NCBI GenBank assembly: GCA_963719935.1
Contig: CAVRDY010000007.1
Coordinates: forward strand, 93,810-157,809
DNA: 64,000 bases
Source: an uncultured Actinomycetes bacterium
GTDB taxonomy: Bacteria > Actinomycetota > Acidimicrobiia > Acidimicrobiales > CAVRDY01
Direction of reading: 5' to 3'
In this document: one piece after another, positions 9,837 to 19,978 of the stretch
How the letters are laid out: the number at the start of each line of letters is the position of its first letter
Numbering within the stretch: the first letter of the stretch is position 1
The notes under the pieces: model-generated
The model's input: only the letters and a program-made list of their open reading frames with translations
What the model was told of the DNA's origin: nothing
Databases searched by the model: none
Position numbers and translations under genes: made by a program

Positions 9837-9862
9837 AGTATGCGGACCCCCTGTGACACTTA
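9837..9862 (-). promoter_or_regulatory. PafBC/RecA-NDp-type DNA-damage promoter TGTCAC-N10-CATACT
   Basis: Shares the identical 16-mer TAAGTGTCACAGGGGG with 27997-28012; same geometry as mycobacterial TGTCGG-N10-TANNNT. Confidence 0.7.
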
Positions 9863-9948
9863 CTCCCGGGCGTCGGTCCGCGGCCCTGTGTCGGCATGGG
9901 CAAACCCTCGGCAGGGAGCAGTCCTCGGCGGGGCACTCCCGGGGTTCT

Positions 9949-9970
9949 TGTCCCACCCTTGTGGGAGGAT
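9949..9970 (+). promoter_or_regulatory. PafBC/RecA-NDp-type promoter TGTCCC-N10-GAGGAT for the DUF222-HNH gene
   Basis: Same spacing as the other two copies; ATG 9977 follows 6 nt after the -10. Confidence 0.55.
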
Positions 9971-9976
9971 GGGCAC

Positions 9977-11275
9977 ATGGACGAACACATGTTCGCTGAG
10001 CCGCAGGAGGCCGGCGCCTCACCCGCCCCGGACGCTGACCGGTGTGACGCTGACCGGGGCGACGACTACGGGTCCGGGGGCAGCGGGTCTCGTGCGGTCA
10101 GCGCAGCGGTGGCCTGGGACGACCCGGCCCACGGCGACGACGAGCTGGCCGAGGCGTTGATCCAGGTCAGCTGCGTCGAAGCTGCGGTTCGCCTCGAGTT
10201 GGTCCGCCTCGTGGCTCGCCTGGCCGTCCGATGCGTGTGGCGCCACGACGGGCAGACGACCATGGCCAACTGGGTGGCCCTGCACACGGGCGTCAGTCGG
10301 CGCACGGCGCGTCAGATCACCCAGGTCGCCCAGGTGATCTACGACCTTCCCGCCCTGGCCGCTGCCTTCGGTCGAGGCCAGCTGTGCTGGGATCAACTCG
10401 TCGCGCTCTGTCAGCTGGCCACTCCCGAGACCGACGCCGCCTGGGCCATCGACGGGCCCGGCACCAGCGCCGAAGACCTCACCGCCATGGTCCGCGCCCG
10501 CCAGATCCGCGACCGTCACGCCCGCGACGCCATCGAGCGCCGCGGCCTGGTCTTCCGCCCCGACGGGCCCGGTGCCACCGCCATCCGCGGATGTCTACCC
10601 ACCGACGACGCCGAACGTGTCCGTGCCGCGTTGGATCGCATCCGCGAACAGGAAGCCCAGCCAGACCCCGATACCGGTCGGCGGCCCACCCGGTCCCAAC
10701 AGCGCGCCGACGCCTTGGCGTCCCTGGCTGGCCGCAGCCTCGGGGCCGACACCGACCCCGACCGGGCCACCGTGGTGCTCCACGCCGACGTCGCCCTGCT
10801 CACCGGCGAGAACCCCCGGGCCCACGCCGCCACCCCGGATGGCACTCCCCTGGCCGCCGAGACCGTCCGCCGGCACTGCTGCGACGGGCGCATCGAATGG
10901 GCCATCGAGGGTCCCAACGGCATCGACCTGGGCATCGGTCGGGCTTCGCGGATCTGGCCGTCGTGGCTGAGCCGGATCATCCGCTGCCGCGATGGCGACC
11001 GCTGCCGGTTCCCCGGCTGCGGGGCGCCCATCCATCAGATCCACCACTGGATTGCCACCGGTGAGACCACCACCCGCAACGGTGTCGGCCTCTGCTACCA
11101 CCACCATCGTCTCGTCCACGAAGGCGGCTGGACAGCCCACGGCAACGGCGATCACGACGTCGAGTTCACCAGCCCGGCCGGCACCCGGCTCACCTCGAGA
11201 CCCCGCCGTCTCCACCCCACCACCCGTAAGAGACTCCAGGGCATCCTGCCCCGCCTCCACGAGGACGACCCGTGA
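9977..11275 (+). CDS. DUF222-domain HNH endonuclease (REP13E12-like)
   Basis: WRHDGQTTMANWVA, QQRADAL, TVRRHCCDG, LGIGRASRIWP, RDGDRCRFPGC..HH..NGVGLCYHHHRLVHEGGW. Confidence 0.9.
   Translation: MDEHMFAEPQEAGASPAPDADRCDADRGDDYGSGGSGSRAVSAAVAWDDPAHGDDELAEALIQVSCVEAAVRLELVRLVARLAVRCVWRHDGQTTMANWVALHTGVSRRTARQITQVAQVIYDLPALAAAFGRGQLCWDQLVALCQLATPETDAAWAIDGPGTSAEDLTAMVRARQIRDRHARDAIERRGLVFRPDGPGATAIRGCLPTDDAERVRAALDRIREQEAQPDPDTGRRPTRSQQRADALASLAGRSLGADTDPDRATVVLHADVALLTGENPRAHAATPDGTPLAAETVRRHCCDGRIEWAIEGPNGIDLGIGRASRIWPSWLSRIIRCRDGDRCRFPGCGAPIHQIHHWIATGETTTRNGVGLCYHHHRLVHEGGWTAHGNGDHDVEFTSPAGTRLTSRPRRLHPTTRKRLQGILPRLHEDDP
9982..9995. promoter_or_regulatory. LexA (SOS) box CGAAC-ACAT-GTTCG
   Basis: Exact match to the actinobacterial CGAAC-N4-GTTCG consensus, located just inside the DUF222 start. 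Confidence 0.85.
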
Positions 11276-11299
11276 ACCCGCTCAGATCTGCGCCCCTAC

Positions 11300-11396
11300 C
11301 GCGCCCGGTCAGCGGCGCGCCCCGGTCAGCACGGCGCGCCCCGGTCAGCGGCGCGCCCCGGTCAGCGGCGCGCCAAGGTCAGCACGGCGCGCCGGG
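11300..11396. repeat. About 5 imperfect 17-19-nt tandem copies of GGTCAGC(AC)GGCGCGCCCC, the 3' end of the amidase gene
   Basis: Visible repeats between the convergent HNH and amidase stops; the last copy contains the amidase TGA. Confidence 0.9.
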
Positions 11397-12768
11397 GGCG
11401 GTGAGGGGCCAGGGTCGGCAGCGCTCCAGGGTCAGGCCCAGGTCCAGCAGCGACGCCTCGTCGTGGTGGTGGCCGATTATCTGCATCCCCACCGGTAGTT
11501 CCTCGACGGTGCCCGCGGGCAGCGAGATGCCCGGGTTGCCGCTGATGTTGGCCGGGGCGGTCAGGGCGGCGTTGTTCTCCGGTCCCACGCGCTGGTCGCC
11601 CACCCGGGTGTTCACGGTGACCTCGGCCGGGCAGGCGATGTCGGGGTTGGTGGCGGTGATCAGGAAGTCGACCTGGTCGAACACGTCAGCGGTCGCCTCG
11701 TTGAGTTGGGTGCGGGCCTCCTCCACCCTGGCGGCCACCTCCAGGTTCATGACCTGCTCGGCCATGGTGAGCCCGAAGGCGATCTCGGCTGTGAGGTCGT
11801 CCTTGCACCCCGGCCAGCGGTCACCCAGCTCACGGGAGAGTTGGGCCAGGTTCGACACTGCCCACTCCCAGGCGATTCCGGGGATGGCAACCTCGACGTC
11901 CACCAGTACCAGTCCCGCTTCGCGGGCCAGCTGCTCGGCCGCCTCGGTGACCAGTGCCCGAACCTCGTCACGCACGATCGCCCCGCCCACGTCGAAGGAG
12001 ACAGCCGCACGCCGGCCGGCCAGCTCGCTGGTTCCCAGCCCGGCCTCCCAGCCTTGGATGCGGGGCAGCGAGGTCGGGTCGCGCCGGTCGTAGCCCGAGG
12101 TCACGTCGTACCAGCGTGCCACGTCGCGGACCGAGCGGGCCAGGCAGCCCAGCACCACCGTTCCCGGCGCGATGTCGGTCCGGGGCCCGCGGGGGATGCG
12201 CCCGGCGGTGCCCTTCAGGCCCACCAGCCCGCAGAACCCCGCGGGGATACGGATGGAGCCGCCCCCGTCACCGCCGGTGGCGATGGGCACGAGCCCGCCG
12301 GCCACCGCGGTGGCGCTGCCTCCCGAGGACCCGCCCGCCGTCCTGGTGGGATCCCAGGCGTTGCCGGTGACACCGTTGATCCGCGAGTTCGAGATGTTGA
12401 GGCCGCCGAACTCGCTGGCGATGGTCTGGCCCACGGGTACGAGCCCGGCGGCCAGCTCCGCGTTCGACGTGGGTCTGGGTGTAGGTGGCCACCCGGTCGG
12501 CGAACACCAGCGAGGCTTCGGTCGCCGGCCAGCCGGCAACCGAGTCGAGTTGCTTGATGGCGAAGGGCACGCCTCCGAATGGCAGGGACACGTCCGCGGA
12601 GGCAGCGTGCTGGCGAGCCCGGTCGAGATCGAGGTGGCAGAAGGCGTTGAGCCCGCTGGCCCCGATGGCTGCGACGCAGGCGTCGAGCTCTTCTGTGGGA
12701 GAGCGTTGGCCGGAACGGAAGGCGTCCACCAGCGAGCAGGCGTCGCCCAACCAGGGGGTGTCGGTCAT
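11379..12768 (-). CDS. Amidase-signature family amidase; frameshift near 12460
   Basis: PFGGVPFAIKQL (ORF 12268..12909) joined to AGGSSGGSA..GGDGGGSIRIPAGFCG (ORF 11379..12539). Confidence 0.9.
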
Positions 12769-12824
12769 GGCAGGAGTCTGGCACGTGACGGTGCGCCGAG
12801 TCCGTGGCCGTAGTCTGGCCACCG

Positions 12825-13631
12825 ATGCACGCTCACCAGTTCCTGGGCCTTGAACCCACCGAGGACCCCAACCGGTTCCGGCTCCCGGTGGTGCAGTCGC
12901 TGTGTACATGGGGCGGGTTCCTGTTCGGCGGGGTGGGTCTGGGCGCGGCCATGACAGCCATGGCGCTGGCCACCGATCGCCCCCCGGTGTGGGCCACCGC
13001 CCAGTACCTGTCCTTCGCCCGCCCTCCCTCCGTGCTCGACATCGAGGTGACCGTCCCCTCCGCCGGCCACCGTCTCAGTCAGGCCCGGGCCATCGCGCAC
13101 GACGGAGACACAGAGATCCTCACCGTGCTCGGCGCCTTCGGTGATCGCCCCCACGAGGCGGAGGGCACCTGGGCGAGCTATCCCGAGGGCATACCCCATC
13201 CACAGGACTGCGAGCCCCGTGTCCATCGCAGCCACCACTTCCGGGGCGAGTCGGTGATGTCCCGCTTCGACCAGCGTCTGGCCAAGGGGCGTCACCCCCA
13301 GGATCTGGACGGCGTGCAGGGCGACGGCGGCTGTGCGCTCTGGGTCCGCATCCCCGACGACCTCGATGTGTCGGCAGCCAGCCTGGCCATCCTGGGGGAC
13401 TACGTGCCCTTCGGAATCAGCCAGGCGCTGGGCATCGGTGCGGGCGGCACCAGCCTGGACAACACCCTGCGCATCTGCCGCCTCGTGCCCACCGAGTGGA
13501 TCCTGGTCGACGTCTACCTGCATGGCGTGGCCGGTGGCTTCGCCCACGGACGGGTTCACCTGTGGTCAGAGGACCGCACGCTGCTGGCGGTGGCCAGCCA
13601 GTCCACAATCGTGCGAGCCTGGCGTGACTGA
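12825..13631 (+). CDS. TesB-like acyl-CoA thioesterase (double hotdog)
   Basis: FLFGGVGLGAA, WATAQYLSFA, LAILGDY, SLDNTLR, GFAHGRVHLWSEDRTLLAVASQS. Confidence 0.88.
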   Translation: MHAHQFLGLEPTEDPNRFRLPVVQSLCTWGGFLFGGVGLGAAMTAMALATDRPPVWATAQYLSFARPPSVLDIEVTVPSAGHRLSQARAIAHDGDTEILTVLGAFGDRPHEAEGTWASYPEGIPHPQDCEPRVHRSHHFRGESVMSRFDQRLAKGRHPQDLDGVQGDGGCALWVRIPDDLDVSAASLAILGDYVPFGISQALGIGAGGTSLDNTLRICRLVPTEWILVDVYLHGVAGGFAHGRVHLWSEDRTLLAVASQSTIVRAWRD

Positions 13632-13679
13632 GGCGACGACCGGCTGACAGGCGACCGGCTGACACAGAAGGGGAGTGCC

Positions 13680-14658
13680 GTGGCGAGATGGGGGATGACG
13701 GTGCCGTTCGCAGGGGTTCCCCTGCACGAGCATCGCGAGTGGTATCGCGAACTCGTAGACCTGGGCTACACCGACATCTGGTCGGCCGAGACCGACGGGC
13801 CCGACGGGTTCACACCCCTGGCCCTGGCCGCGGCCTGGGCGCCCGAACTGCGCCTGGGCACGGCGATCATCCCCTCCTTCACCCGGGGGCCCGCGTGCCT
13901 GGCCCAGAGCGTGGCCGCCCTGGCCGACGCCGCCCCGGGCCGATTCGTGCTGGGGATCGGCTCTTCCTCGAACGTGATCGTGGAACGCTGGAACGACATC
14001 GCCTTCGACCGGCCCTACCAGCGCACCCGCGACATGGTGCGCTTCGTCAGGTCGGCGCTGACGGGTGAGAAGGTGAAGGAGTCCTACGAGACCTTCTCGG
14101 TGTCGGGGTTCAAGCTCTCCCAGCCACCGGCCCAGTCGCCACCCATCCTGATCGCCGCCCTGCGACCGGGCATGCTGCGCCTGGCCGGGCGTGAGGGTGA
14201 CGGCGCCATCATCAACTGGCTCGCCCCCCACGACGTCTCCACCGTGGTGCCCATCGTGGTCGAGGCGGCGGCGGCCGCAGGCCGGCCGACACCCGAGATC
14301 GCGGCGCGCATCTTCGTGGCCCCCATCGACGACGCCGAGGCGGTCAGGGGCTTCGGCCGCTTCGCGCTCGGCTGCGTACATGAACGTGCCCGTCTACGCC
14401 GAGTTCCACCGCTGGCTGGGACGCCAGGAGCAGTTCGGTCCCATGTGGGACGCCTGGTCGGCCGGCGACCGGCAGGGGGCCCTGGCGGCCATTCCCGACG
14501 GTGTGGTCGACGAGCTCATCGTGCACGGCTCCCCCGAAGCGTGCCGGGAGCGGATCGGTGAGTACGTGGCCAACGGTGTGGACACGCCCGCCATAGCGGT
14601 TCTGCCCTTCCCGGGCGTGGACCAGCGCCAGGCTCTCCGCGACCTGGCACCTCGCTGA
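13680..14658 (+). CDS. LLM-class F420-dependent oxidoreductase; frameshift near 14370
   Basis: LGYTDIWSAETDGPDGFTPLA, LRLGTAII, GRFVLGIGSSS, AALRPGMLRLAG; C-terminus in ORF 14191..14658. Confidence 0.9.
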
Positions 14659-14700
14659 GGGCGGACACAGCCGCCCTGGTTTGTCAGCCGAGCTCGGTTG

Positions 14701-16119
14701 TCAGTCGGTCGTGGGCATCCAGCTGGCGTGGAAGCCCAGAGGCACCCGCCGTGGCATCCGCACCCGGGCCACGGGTCCCGCATCGATGTCGCGGGCGTCG
14801 AGCACCACCAGGTACGAGCACTCGGTGCTGCGGTCGGTGACGTAGGTGAGCAGCCAGCCGTCGTCCTCGGCCCGGCCGCCGGGATCGGGGGCGAATACGT
14901 GCTCGCCGCTGACCCCGGTCTCGCCGTGGAGGTAGGTGGTTGCGGTGTCTGCTTCGAGGTCGTACTTGACCACGCCGCCGAAGTCGAAGTCGTCCAGCCC
15001 TCCGGGTCGGGGAAGGCAGTTGTAGGCGTAGCGGTGGCGCCGGGTGGCTCTCCGGTCGTCGATGCGCGGGAACTCTCCGGCCCGGTCGTCCAGCTGGTCC
15101 TCCAGGACGGTGCCCTTTGCCAGGTCGACGGTCCAGCGGCGTGGGAAGGGAGCGAGGCTCGTGTGGGGGTCGTCGAACTGGAAGCCGCCGGGCATGCGGT
15201 CGAAGGCGGGAGCGTGCAGGACGAGGGTGTCTCCGTCGTCCCAGGAGTTGAAGAAGTGGACGACGTAGCGGGTCTCGATGTCGAACCAACGCACCGCTCC
15301 ACCGGTGCGCGCCATGACTCCCAGCCGGGTGCCCTCCTCGGGTGCCCACCGCATTGCCGGCTCACCGTTGACCAGGGCGATGGGGTCGAAGATCGAGGGC
15401 GAGTCGATGAAGGCCACGTGGTTCTCGGTCACCGCGAAGTCGTGGACCATCACCGGGTTGGGCAGGTCGATCTCCACGGTCTGCACCAGGGCTCCGGAGG
15501 CGTCGGCCCGGTGGTAGCGCAGGTGGGGTGGGAAGGGGCTGTAGCCGAAGAAGAGCAGCTCACCGGATACCGGATCGATCTTGGGGTGGGCGGTGCAGCC
15601 CCCCACCAGCCTTCCGTCGAAGGTGTACTCGCCCACGGTCTCCAGCTCCGGGGTGATCTGGGTCGGTGGCGCAGCTTCCATGAGGGCGAACCAGCGCCCG
15701 GCGTGGCGAAGGGTGTGAGTGTTGGCGGTGTTCTTGACCATCCCGGCCTCGGCCACCAGTTCCGGATCGGGTAGGACGAACTCGCTCAGCCCTCCATAGA
15801 GGGAACGCCCGGCCCGCCCTTCGGCCTCGAAGCCCCGGGAGCGGATCCAGCGGTTGCGGTAGTGCGCCCCGCCCTCACCCAGCACCACGGCGTGGATCAT
15901 GCCGTCCCCGTCGAAGGGGTGGTAACGGCCCGGCGGGGTGAATTGGGGGTTGGGCCCGTTGCGCATGAAGGTGCCTCGCAGGCCGGCGGGTAGCTGGCCC
16001 TCCACCTCGAGGCCCGCGACGTCCAACTCGTCGTGAACCGGGGCCAGCAGCCCGCCCAGGAAGCGGGTGTGGCTGGGGTCCTGGCCCGTGCTCGTGGGGG
16101 CAGGCGGTGCGGTGCTCAT
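14701..16119 (-). CDS. Carotenoid oxygenase / lignostilbene dioxygenase family (RPE65)
   Basis: MRNGPNP..HPFDGDGMIH, TAHPKIDP, MVHDFAVT, HFFN, EFPRID, RVPLGFHASW (four Fe-binding His). Confidence 0.95.
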   Translation of the reverse strand: MSTAPPAPTSTGQDPSHTRFLGGLLAPVHDELDVAGLEVEGQLPAGLRGTFMRNGPNPQFTPPGRYHPFDGDGMIHAVVLGEGGAHYRNRWIRSRGFEAEGRAGRSLYGGLSEFVLPDPELVAEAGMVKNTANTHTLRHAGRWFALMEAAPPTQITPELETVGEYTFDGRLVGGCTAHPKIDPVSGELLFFGYSPFPPHLRYHRADASGALVQTVEIDLPNPVMVHDFAVTENHVAFIDSPSIFDPIALVNGEPAMRWAPEEGTRLGVMARTGGAVRWFDIETRYVVHFFNSWDDGDTLVLHAPAFDRMPGGFQFDDPHTSLAPFPRRWTVDLAKGTVLEDQLDDRAGEFPRIDDRRATRRHRYAYNCLPRPGGLDDFDFGGVVKYDLEADTATTYLHGETGVSGEHVFAPDPGGRAEDDGWLLTYVTDRSTECSYLVVLDARDIDAGPVARVRMPRRVPLGFHASWMPTTD

Positions 16120-16138
16120 GGCGTCTCCATGGCTCTGC

Positions 16139-16810
16139 TCAGGAGCCGTCGGGGGTATCGAGGATAGCGTCGAAGACGGCCAGGACCCCCAGGGTGATCT
16201 CCTGGGAAGGGCCTGCTTCGGGTCGCTCGGGGTCTTCGGTGATGACCAGCGAGACGAGCAGGCCCAGCAGCACGGCCTGGAGGCCGGTCGCCACCGCCAT
16301 TGGGTCGATGTCGGTCCTCACCTCACCGCTGGCCTGGCCCTCGGCCAGGCGCTCGGCCAGGCGGCGCCGCACCTCGATCAGGGCCGGGAGGTCGCGGAGC
16401 TGACCCGCTCCCTCGGGTTCCAGACCTGCCAGGACCCGGCGGGCCAGGGGGTGCTCATCGACCGCGGCGATCAGCAGGACCATGGCCGTGGGCAGCAGCT
16501 GACGGACCGGGGTCTCCTCGAGCCGGGTCACCACCCCGTCGAGGAGGGTGACGACGTCACGGTCCACAGCCTGGCGGAAGAGGTCCAGCTTGGACTCGAA
16601 GTAGGCGTAGCTGGCCGCCTGGGTGAGCCCGGCCTCGCGTGTGATCTCACTGACCGAGGTGGCTCGGAAGCCCCTGCGTCCGAAGTGGTCGACGGCCAGT
16701 TCCAGGAGCCGTCGCCGGGTGCGCTCTCCCTTGGTCTCGGAGCTGTCGTCTGTGTCGGCGTCATCGGCGGAGAGCTGGGTGTCCGGGTCCGGCTCGTCGC
16801 TTCCGCTCAC
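16139..16810 (-). CDS. TetR/AcrR family regulator (second paralogue)
   Basis: TKGERTRRRLLELAVDHFGRRGFRATSVSEITREAGLTQAASYAYFESK; GTGA coupling to the upstream TetR. Confidence 0.92.
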   Translation of the reverse strand: MSGSDEPDPDTQLSADDADTDDSSETKGERTRRRLLELAVDHFGRRGFRATSVSEITREAGLTQAASYAYFESKLDLFRQAVDRDVVTLLDGVVTRLEETPVRQLLPTAMVLLIAAVDEHPLARRVLAGLEPEGAGQLRDLPALIEVRRRLAERLAEGQASGEVRTDIDPMAVATGLQAVLLGLLVSLVITEDPERPEAGPSQEITLGVLAVFDAILDTPDGS

Positions 16811-17436
16811 CGGTTCTCCGGGAGCCGCAGCATCTTGTCCCACACCGTGAGCACGCCGAGCTGTCGGCGCTGTTCGGTGCTGCCTCCCACCTGTATCACC
16901 GACATCAGCAGGCCCAGCAGCATCGTCTCGGCGCCGTCGGCGAACACCCGGGCGTCGATGTCGGTACGAGCCTTCCCTTCCCGCTGGGCGGCCCCGACCT
17001 CTGCCGCGATCCAGGTTGCCAGCTCGCCCAGGGCGGGGAGGTTGACCAGGCGGGCGAGTTGGTCGCGTTCCTGGCCCGCCAGTACGCGGTTGGCCAGGGG
17101 GTGTTCGGGCAGGTGGCCGAGCAGTGTCAGTAGCAGGGTCGGTACCAGCAGGTGGACGTCGGTGCCCTCGCAGTCGGTGCGGGTGCGGCGCACCAGGGAA
17201 GCGGCGTCGGCATCCACTGCGGCCTGGAACAGCGCCTCCTTGTTGGGGAAGTAGGCGTAGACGGCGGCCTGGGTCAATCCTGCGGAGCGGGCGATCTCGC
17301 TGACCGAGGTGCCCCGGTAGCCGTTGTGGCCGAAGCGGTCCACGGCCAGATCCAGCAGACGCTGGCGGGTGCGCTCACCCTTCGTCCTGGTGTCCTCTGT
17401 CGCGGGCTGTGATGCCAACACAGGGCCGGACGCCAT
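16807..17436 (-). CDS. TetR/AcrR family regulator (first paralogue)
   Basis: TKGERTRQRLLDLAVDRFGHNGYRGTSVSEIARSAGLTQAAVYAYFPNKEALF; leaderless start 6 nt after TAAGCT. Confidence 0.93.
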   Translation of the reverse strand: MASGPVLASQPATEDTRTKGERTRQRLLDLAVDRFGHNGYRGTSVSEIARSAGLTQAAVYAYFPNKEALFQAAVDADAASLVRRTRTDCEGTDVHLLVPTLLLTLLGHLPEHPLANRVLAGQERDQLARLVNLPALGELATWIAAEVGAAQREGKARTDIDARVFADGAETMLLGLLMSVIQVGGSTEQRRQLGVLTVWDKMLRLPENR

Positions 17437-17459
17437 CTGCCGAGCTTACCACCGTTCAC

Positions 17460-17555
17460 CAGGATTATCGATAGATCAATAGTAAATATAGACCAGTAAA
17501 TTGATATTTCGTCCCTATATATTGACGAGTAGGCGCCCAGAGGTAAACCTTGGGG
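17460..17555. promoter_or_regulatory. AT-rich divergent control region between tetR-tetR-oxygenase and lysR
   Basis: Locally AT-dominated; ATCAAT..ATTGAT inverted repeat, AGTAAAT direct repeat, AGGTAAACCT near-palindrome. Confidence 0.7.
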
Positions 17556-17655
17556 TGCGGCGGTAACGCCGACCGTTACGCCCCCGGCCCCGCTCCGCAT
17601 TCTGCGACCGCCTCGAATCCCGGAGAGGGGGCCCGGAGGCGGCGGTTGGCCTACC

Positions 17656-18596
17656 GTGGGGTCGGTGAGCACCGACGCCGACCTGGACCTTCTGGCGCTC
17701 TCGCTCCTGCGCCAGGTGGCCCGGTCCGGCTCGGTCGCCCGGGCCGCCGACGAATCTGGGATGACCGCCGCCGTTGCCAACGCACGGCTCCGCAGCCTCG
17801 AGCACCAACTCGGTGCCTCCCTGCTGCACCGGACTCCGGGTGGTTCCACTCCCACCGAAGTAGGGGTCCTTGTCATCGAGTGGTCCACCGACATCCTCGA
17901 GGCCGCCGAGCGCCTCTCGGCCGCTGTGCTGGCCATCACCGCCGACAGCGCGCCGGCTGCGCATCGCGGCCAGCCACACAGTGGCCGAGCACCTCCTGCC
18001 GTCCTGGCTGGCCGGCTTCCGGCGTCGCTACCCCGACGTCACTCCCGAGTTGACCGTCACGAACTCGGCGTCGGTCATCGACCGGGTCAAGGACGAGGAG
18101 GCTGTGGTGGGCTTCATCGAGAGCCGGGCCGCCCCCCGTGAGTTGGCTTCGTTGGTGGTGGCCGACGACGAGCTGGTGGTCGTGGTCGATCCCGAGCATC
18201 CCTGGGCGCGCTCCAGCCGTGCCCGTACCGCCGCCGAGCTGGTCTCGGGTCCCCTGGTCGGTACGCGAGCGCGACTCGGCGACCCGTGAAGCGCTCGACG
18301 GGGCCCTCCAGCGGGCCGGGGTCCGCCTCGAGCAGCCGGTGGTCGAGCTGGGTTCCAGTGCCGAGGTTCGGGCCGCCGTACTCGGGGGCCAGGCCCCGGC
18401 GGTGCTGAGTCGCCTGGCCGTGGCGGGCGAGCTGGCACGCGACCGGATGTGCGAGGTGGAGGTGGTGGACCTCGACCTGGCCCGCCAGTTGCGGGCGGTG
18501 TGGCTCCGTCGCCGGCCCCAGCCCGAGATAGTCACCGACCTGCTCGACCAGATCGTCCGCGAGCGCCGATCCCGGGCGGCGACGCCAGGAGCGTGA
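17656..18596 (+). CDS. LysR family regulator (CysL/YeiE-like); frameshifts near 17950 and 18260
   Basis: GSVARAADESGMTAAVANARLRSLEHQLGASLLHRTPGGSTPT; LRIAASHTVAEHLLP; RERDSATRE, split over three frames. Confidence 0.88.
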
Positions 18597-18635
18597 TCCT
18601 GGCGCTCGACGCCGCCGGGTGATTCGGGGCGCGGG

Positions 18636-19640
18636 CTACTCGGCCAGCCCGACGGGCACCCCGTCCTCGATCTGGTCGAGGTACTCCGACAGGCCGAAGC
18701 CGACACGGCCGTCCTCGAGCGTCCACTCCGTCAGGCCCTCGCTGATGCGCGTCACCTTGCCGTCACGGCGGTTGCGCAGCGGGATGAGTGACAGGACCCG
18801 GCCGCTGAACTGCCACTGGCGATCCTCACCGCCGGTCAGGTAGCCGCCGGCGGAGAGCGTCGCGGTGATGGCCCGGTGGTAGCGGTCCTCGCCCTCCCAC
18901 TCGGTGCTGATGGTGCAGTTGTCGCAGTGGATGACCTTGCCGTCCTCCCAGACGAATCCCCCGCGGATGCCCGGGCCCTCGCGGCGGGCGACCCGGGAGG
19001 TCATGAAGCCGAAGTCGGCGCCCATGTTGGCTGTCAGCCAGCGGTAGTAGAACGGAGCCTGCCAGGACCGGGGCCCCCAGGAGTGGTCCCGCAGCCCGAA
19101 GGCGTTCACGTCCCAGGCCTGGTCGCCCACCTCGACCGTGCCCGCGGTGGCCACGAGCTGCTCGTAGTGGCCCTTGGCGAACTCGAGGCCGGGCTGTTCG
19201 GCCACCGGCATCTCACCGCCGACCATGTCCGACACCCGGGTGTAGGTGAGCGACGCCCGGCACGGGACCGACGGATTCTCGGTGAAGGCGGTGCGGGGGT
19301 CGGCCATGGCCAGTGGATCGTCCAGGATCACCACCTGACCCTCGTAGGCGACGGTCAGTTCCTCGAAGGGTGTCACCACCTCGAAGCGGGCGCCGCCCGC
19401 GTCGAAGGCGTCGTTGTGTTCGATGGCGGGACGCTGGAACATGAACGCCACCCGGCCGTCGGGCAGGTAGAGGCACACGGTCATCTCCGCGTACCTCTCG
19501 TTGGCCCGGTTTCCCAGCCGGAAGAACCCGCCCAGGCGGCAGGACGGGTCGAAGAAGTTGAAGTACATGCTCTCGTTGAAGGACTTCTCGTCACCGAGGG
19601 TGTGCATGTACTCGTCGGTTGGTTCGAGGCGAAGGCCCAT
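18636..19640 (-). CDS. Conserved actinobacterial hypothetical protein (probable AttH/tocopherol-cyclase-like beta fold)
   Basis: FNESMYFNFFD..RLGNR, GHYEQ, GLRDHSWGPR, GFGLSEYLD; strong coding bias. Confidence 0.75.
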   Translation of the reverse strand: MGLRLEPTDEYMHTLGDEKSFNESMYFNFFDPSCRLGGFFRLGNRANERYAEMTVCLYLPDGRVAFMFQRPAIEHNDAFDAGGARFEVVTPFEELTVAYEGQVVILDDPLAMADPRTAFTENPSVPCRASLTYTRVSDMVGGEMPVAEQPGLEFAKGHYEQLVATAGTVEVGDQAWDVNAFGLRDHSWGPRSWQAPFYYRWLTANMGADFGFMTSRVARREGPGIRGGFVWEDGKVIHCDNCTISTEWEGEDRYHRAITATLSAGGYLTGGEDRQWQFSGRVLSLIPLRNRRDGKVTRISEGLTEWTLEDGRVGFGLSEYLDQIEDGVPVGLAE

Positions 19641-19666
19641 GTGCTGACGCTACCGCCTCACCCAGC

Positions 19667-19978
19667 TCAGAGCAGGCCCAGCTGCTCGGTGCGCGCCGCC
19701 ACCTCGGTCAGCGGCTCCCACACGACTCCGCCTCGCGGACCCCGTCGGCGCACCTGCAGTTGGCTCGCGGGTAGCGCCCGGGCGGCGCCTCGGGCGTCGC
19801 GCACCCCCACCGAACCGTCCTTCTCACGTCCGCTCACGGTTCCCTCGCGCCAGCGTTCCTCGGGTCGGCGGCGGAAGCGGACGGTGTCGCCCACGCGCAG
19901 CCCCAGGGCCACCAGGTCACTGGGCGTCGCCGCGTCTGAGGCAGGCGCGCGACGGGTGCCCGGCCGAGGCGTGCTCAC
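19667..19978 (-). CDS. Small hypothetical protein (SH3-like)
   Basis: GLRVGDTVRFRR..WREGTV..EKDGSVGVRD..GPRGGVVWEPL..EQLGLL; GTGA-coupled to the SDR stop. Confidence 0.7.
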   Translation of the reverse strand: MSTPRPGTRRAPASDAATPSDLVALGLRVGDTVRFRRRPEERWREGTVSGREKDGSVGVRDARGAARALPASQLQVRRRGPRGGVVWEPLTEVAARTEQLGLL

